Positions 37,497-39,100 of a DNA stretch of 39,100 bases are shown here, piece by piece. Below the pieces are notes generated by a model. The model did not search any database. It was not told the DNA's origin and saw only the letters and a list, made by a program, of their open reading frames with translations. The translations under genes were made by a program, and so were the position numbers. The stretch covers positions 1 through 39,100 of the forward strand of contig JACPMW010000009.1 in NCBI GenBank assembly GCA_016185805.1. The letters run 5' to 3'. How positions within the stretch are numbered: position 1 is the first letter of the stretch; each line of letters begins with the position of its first letter. The DNA is from Candidatus Woesearchaeota archaeon. GTDB taxonomy: Archaea; Nanobdellota; Nanobdellia; Woesearchaeales; GW2011-AR4.

Positions 37497-38587
37497 TTTG
37501 TGAATTCTTTGATGGATTTGGCAACAAGCTCTATCTCTTCCTGCTTCAGCTCCGGGTACATTGGCAATGAGATTATTTCATCGACGCACTTTTCCGCAAC
37601 TGGAAAGCTTCCTCTTTCATGGCCCAGAAATGAATATGCTTCCTGCAAGTGAATTGGAGTCGGGTAATGGATTGCTGTCTGTACCCCCTTTGAATTCAGA
37701 TGCTCCATCAGTTTCTGCCTTTGCTTCGCCCTTATAACATACAAGTGATAAACATGCTTGTTGTAATTCCTCTCAACAGGCCTTGCAACATCGCAATCCT
37801 CAAGCATCTCATCATATATTTTTGCATTTTTTCTTCTCATTTCTATCCATTCGTCAAGATGCTTTAGCTTGACCCTTAGGACAGCAGCCTGCAATTCCTC
37901 AAGCCTGTAATTGTACCCGATATGCTTGTGCACATGCTTCTTTATTTGCCCATGGTCGCGGTAAGCCCTTATCAGCTCATCAGATTCCTTGTCATTTGTT
38001 ACAATTGCCCCTCCTTCCCCATAAGCCCCCAGGTTTTTTGCAGGATAGAAGGAAAAGCATCCAATGTCCGCTATTGGCACTTTTTTTTTGTGATGCTCAG
38101 CCCCATGGGCCTGGCAGGCATCCTCTATCACGCTCAGATTATTCTTTCTTGCAATTTCCAAAATCTCGCTCATGTCAGCCGGCTGCCCATACAAATCAAC
38201 AGGGATTATTGCCTTTGTTTTTGGCGTTATTGCCTTTTTCAATTTTTCAGCATCCATATTGTATGTATCCTCATCAATATCCGCAAATTTCGGAGTTGCA
38301 CCTGTGTAAGAGATGGCCTCGCAGGTTGCAAAAAAAGTGTTTGGAGTTGTAAGCACTTCATCTCCTTTTCCAATGCCCTTTGCAAGCAGCGCAAGATGCA
38401 GCGCAGATGTCCCTGTGTTCAGCCCGATGCAATGCTTTGCATTGCAGAACCTGGCAAATTCATTTTCAAAATCAGATAGCTGCTGGCCAAGTATGTAAGA
38501 AGTTGATTCAAGAACTCCGTCAATCGCCTTCCTGACTTCATCCCTTATGGAATTGTACTGCTGTTTTAAGTCAACAAATTTTATCAT
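37493..38587 (-). CDS. DegT/DnrJ/EryC1/StrS sugar aminotransferase
   Basis: GTSALHLAL, IEDACQAHGA, FSFYPAKNLGAYGEGG, GYNYRL. Confidence 0.95.
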   Translation of the reverse strand: MIKFVDLKQQYNSIRDEVRKAIDGVLESTSYILGQQLSDFENEFARFCNAKHCIGLNTGTSALHLALLAKGIGKGDEVLTTPNTFFATCEAISYTGATPKFADIDEDTYNMDAEKLKKAITPKTKAIIPVDLYGQPADMSEILEIARKNNLSVIEDACQAHGAEHHKKKVPIADIGCFSFYPAKNLGAYGEGGAIVTNDKESDELIRAYRDHGQIKKHVHKHIGYNYRLEELQAAVLRVKLKHLDEWIEMRRKNAKIYDEMLEDCDVARPVERNYNKHVYHLYVIRAKQRQKLMEHLNSKGVQTAIHYPTPIHLQEAYSFLGHERGSFPVAEKCVDEIISLPMYPELKQEEIELVAKSIKEFTK

Positions 38588-38637
38588 TTTGATTTTTTAT
38601 ATCATTATTATATATTTAAAATTTCAAACACTGACTG

Positions 38638-38675
38638 GAGACCCATGCTCTGCATATAATAATGGGTGCCCCTCA
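38638..38675. repeat. Short imperfect palindromic intergenic repeat (family 2), copy 2
   Basis: Reverse complement matches 8963-9000 at 29/38; enclosed by the AAATTTCAAAC/GTTTGAAATTT inverted repeat. Confidence 0.6.
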
Positions 38676-38814
38676 AAAGTATTGTTGCATTATATCTAAG
38701 CAAGCAAATGCAGCAAACCCAAACTGGTCTCCTCAAACTCGATTTGTTTCCAGAGGACGTTTTCGGGTTTGAAATTTCGTTTTGTGTGTGTTATATTCTT
38801 TAATAACCTAACTT

Positions 38815-39100
38815 TTAAATCAAATCCTTAACTTTTCCAATTACTCTTGCCGGATTTCCCGCAACAATTGAATTATCTGGCACATCTTTTGTAACTACAG
38901 AGCCTGCCCCCACAAGCGAATTCTTTCCTATTGTTACGCCGCATAAGATCGTTGCATTGGCCCCAATGCTTGCCCTTTTCTTCACCAAAGTCTTGGCCAC
39001 TGTCCAATCCTGGCTTGTCTTGAGCTCTCCGTCCTCTGTTGTCGCTCTCGGCAGCTTGTCATTTGTAAAGCATGCATGAGGCCCGACAAACACCCCATCT
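38815..39100 (-). CDS. Hexapeptide-repeat sugar N-acetyltransferase (WbpD/WxcM-like), C-terminal part; start lies beyond the right edge
   Basis: [43 protein letters not shown]. Confidence 0.9.
   Translation of the reverse strand, partial: DGVFVGPHACFTNDKLPRATTEDGELKTSQDWTVAKTLVKKRASIGANATILCGVTIGKNSLVGAGSVVTKDVPDNSIVAGNPARVIGKVKDLI

Overview
Archaeal chromosomal window, most likely DPANN/Woesearchaeota-like. This is inferred from RadB, MBF1, AK6-type adenylate kinase, an archaeal-type thiolase, TATA-box promoters with short leaders and a stand-alone 5S rRNA. Left to right: (1) 1-8910, an acyl-CoA/fatty-acid-type cluster (thiolase, FabZ, biotin carboxylase, BirA, thioesterase, BCCP, carboxyltransferase) interrupted by a large beta-lactamase-fold protein. 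(2) 9041-18285, housekeeping and envelope genes, a frameshifted GT-C glycosyltransferase, an AT-rich LAGLIDADG-HTH gene and a RelE-like toxin-antitoxin pair. (3) About 18508-24864, an AT-rich island with no recombinase gene that parses into two gene cassettes. They are delimited by tyrosine-recombinase-type sites: two 11-6-11 dif-like sites outside and a ~150-bp attC/IMEX-attP-like fold-back between them. Each cassette has its own terminal inverted repeats and inward-facing genes. Cassette 2 carries a tandem Cas4-like nuclease plus NurA-HerA without mre11/rad50, a candidate new defence module. (4) 5S rRNA. (5) 25219-39100, a surface-glycan biosynthesis locus. Three copies of a TGTC-hairpin-GAGCATGCTC-hairpin-GACA cruciform repeat are dispersed in intergenic DNA. 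All calls come from reading motifs by eye; no searches were run.
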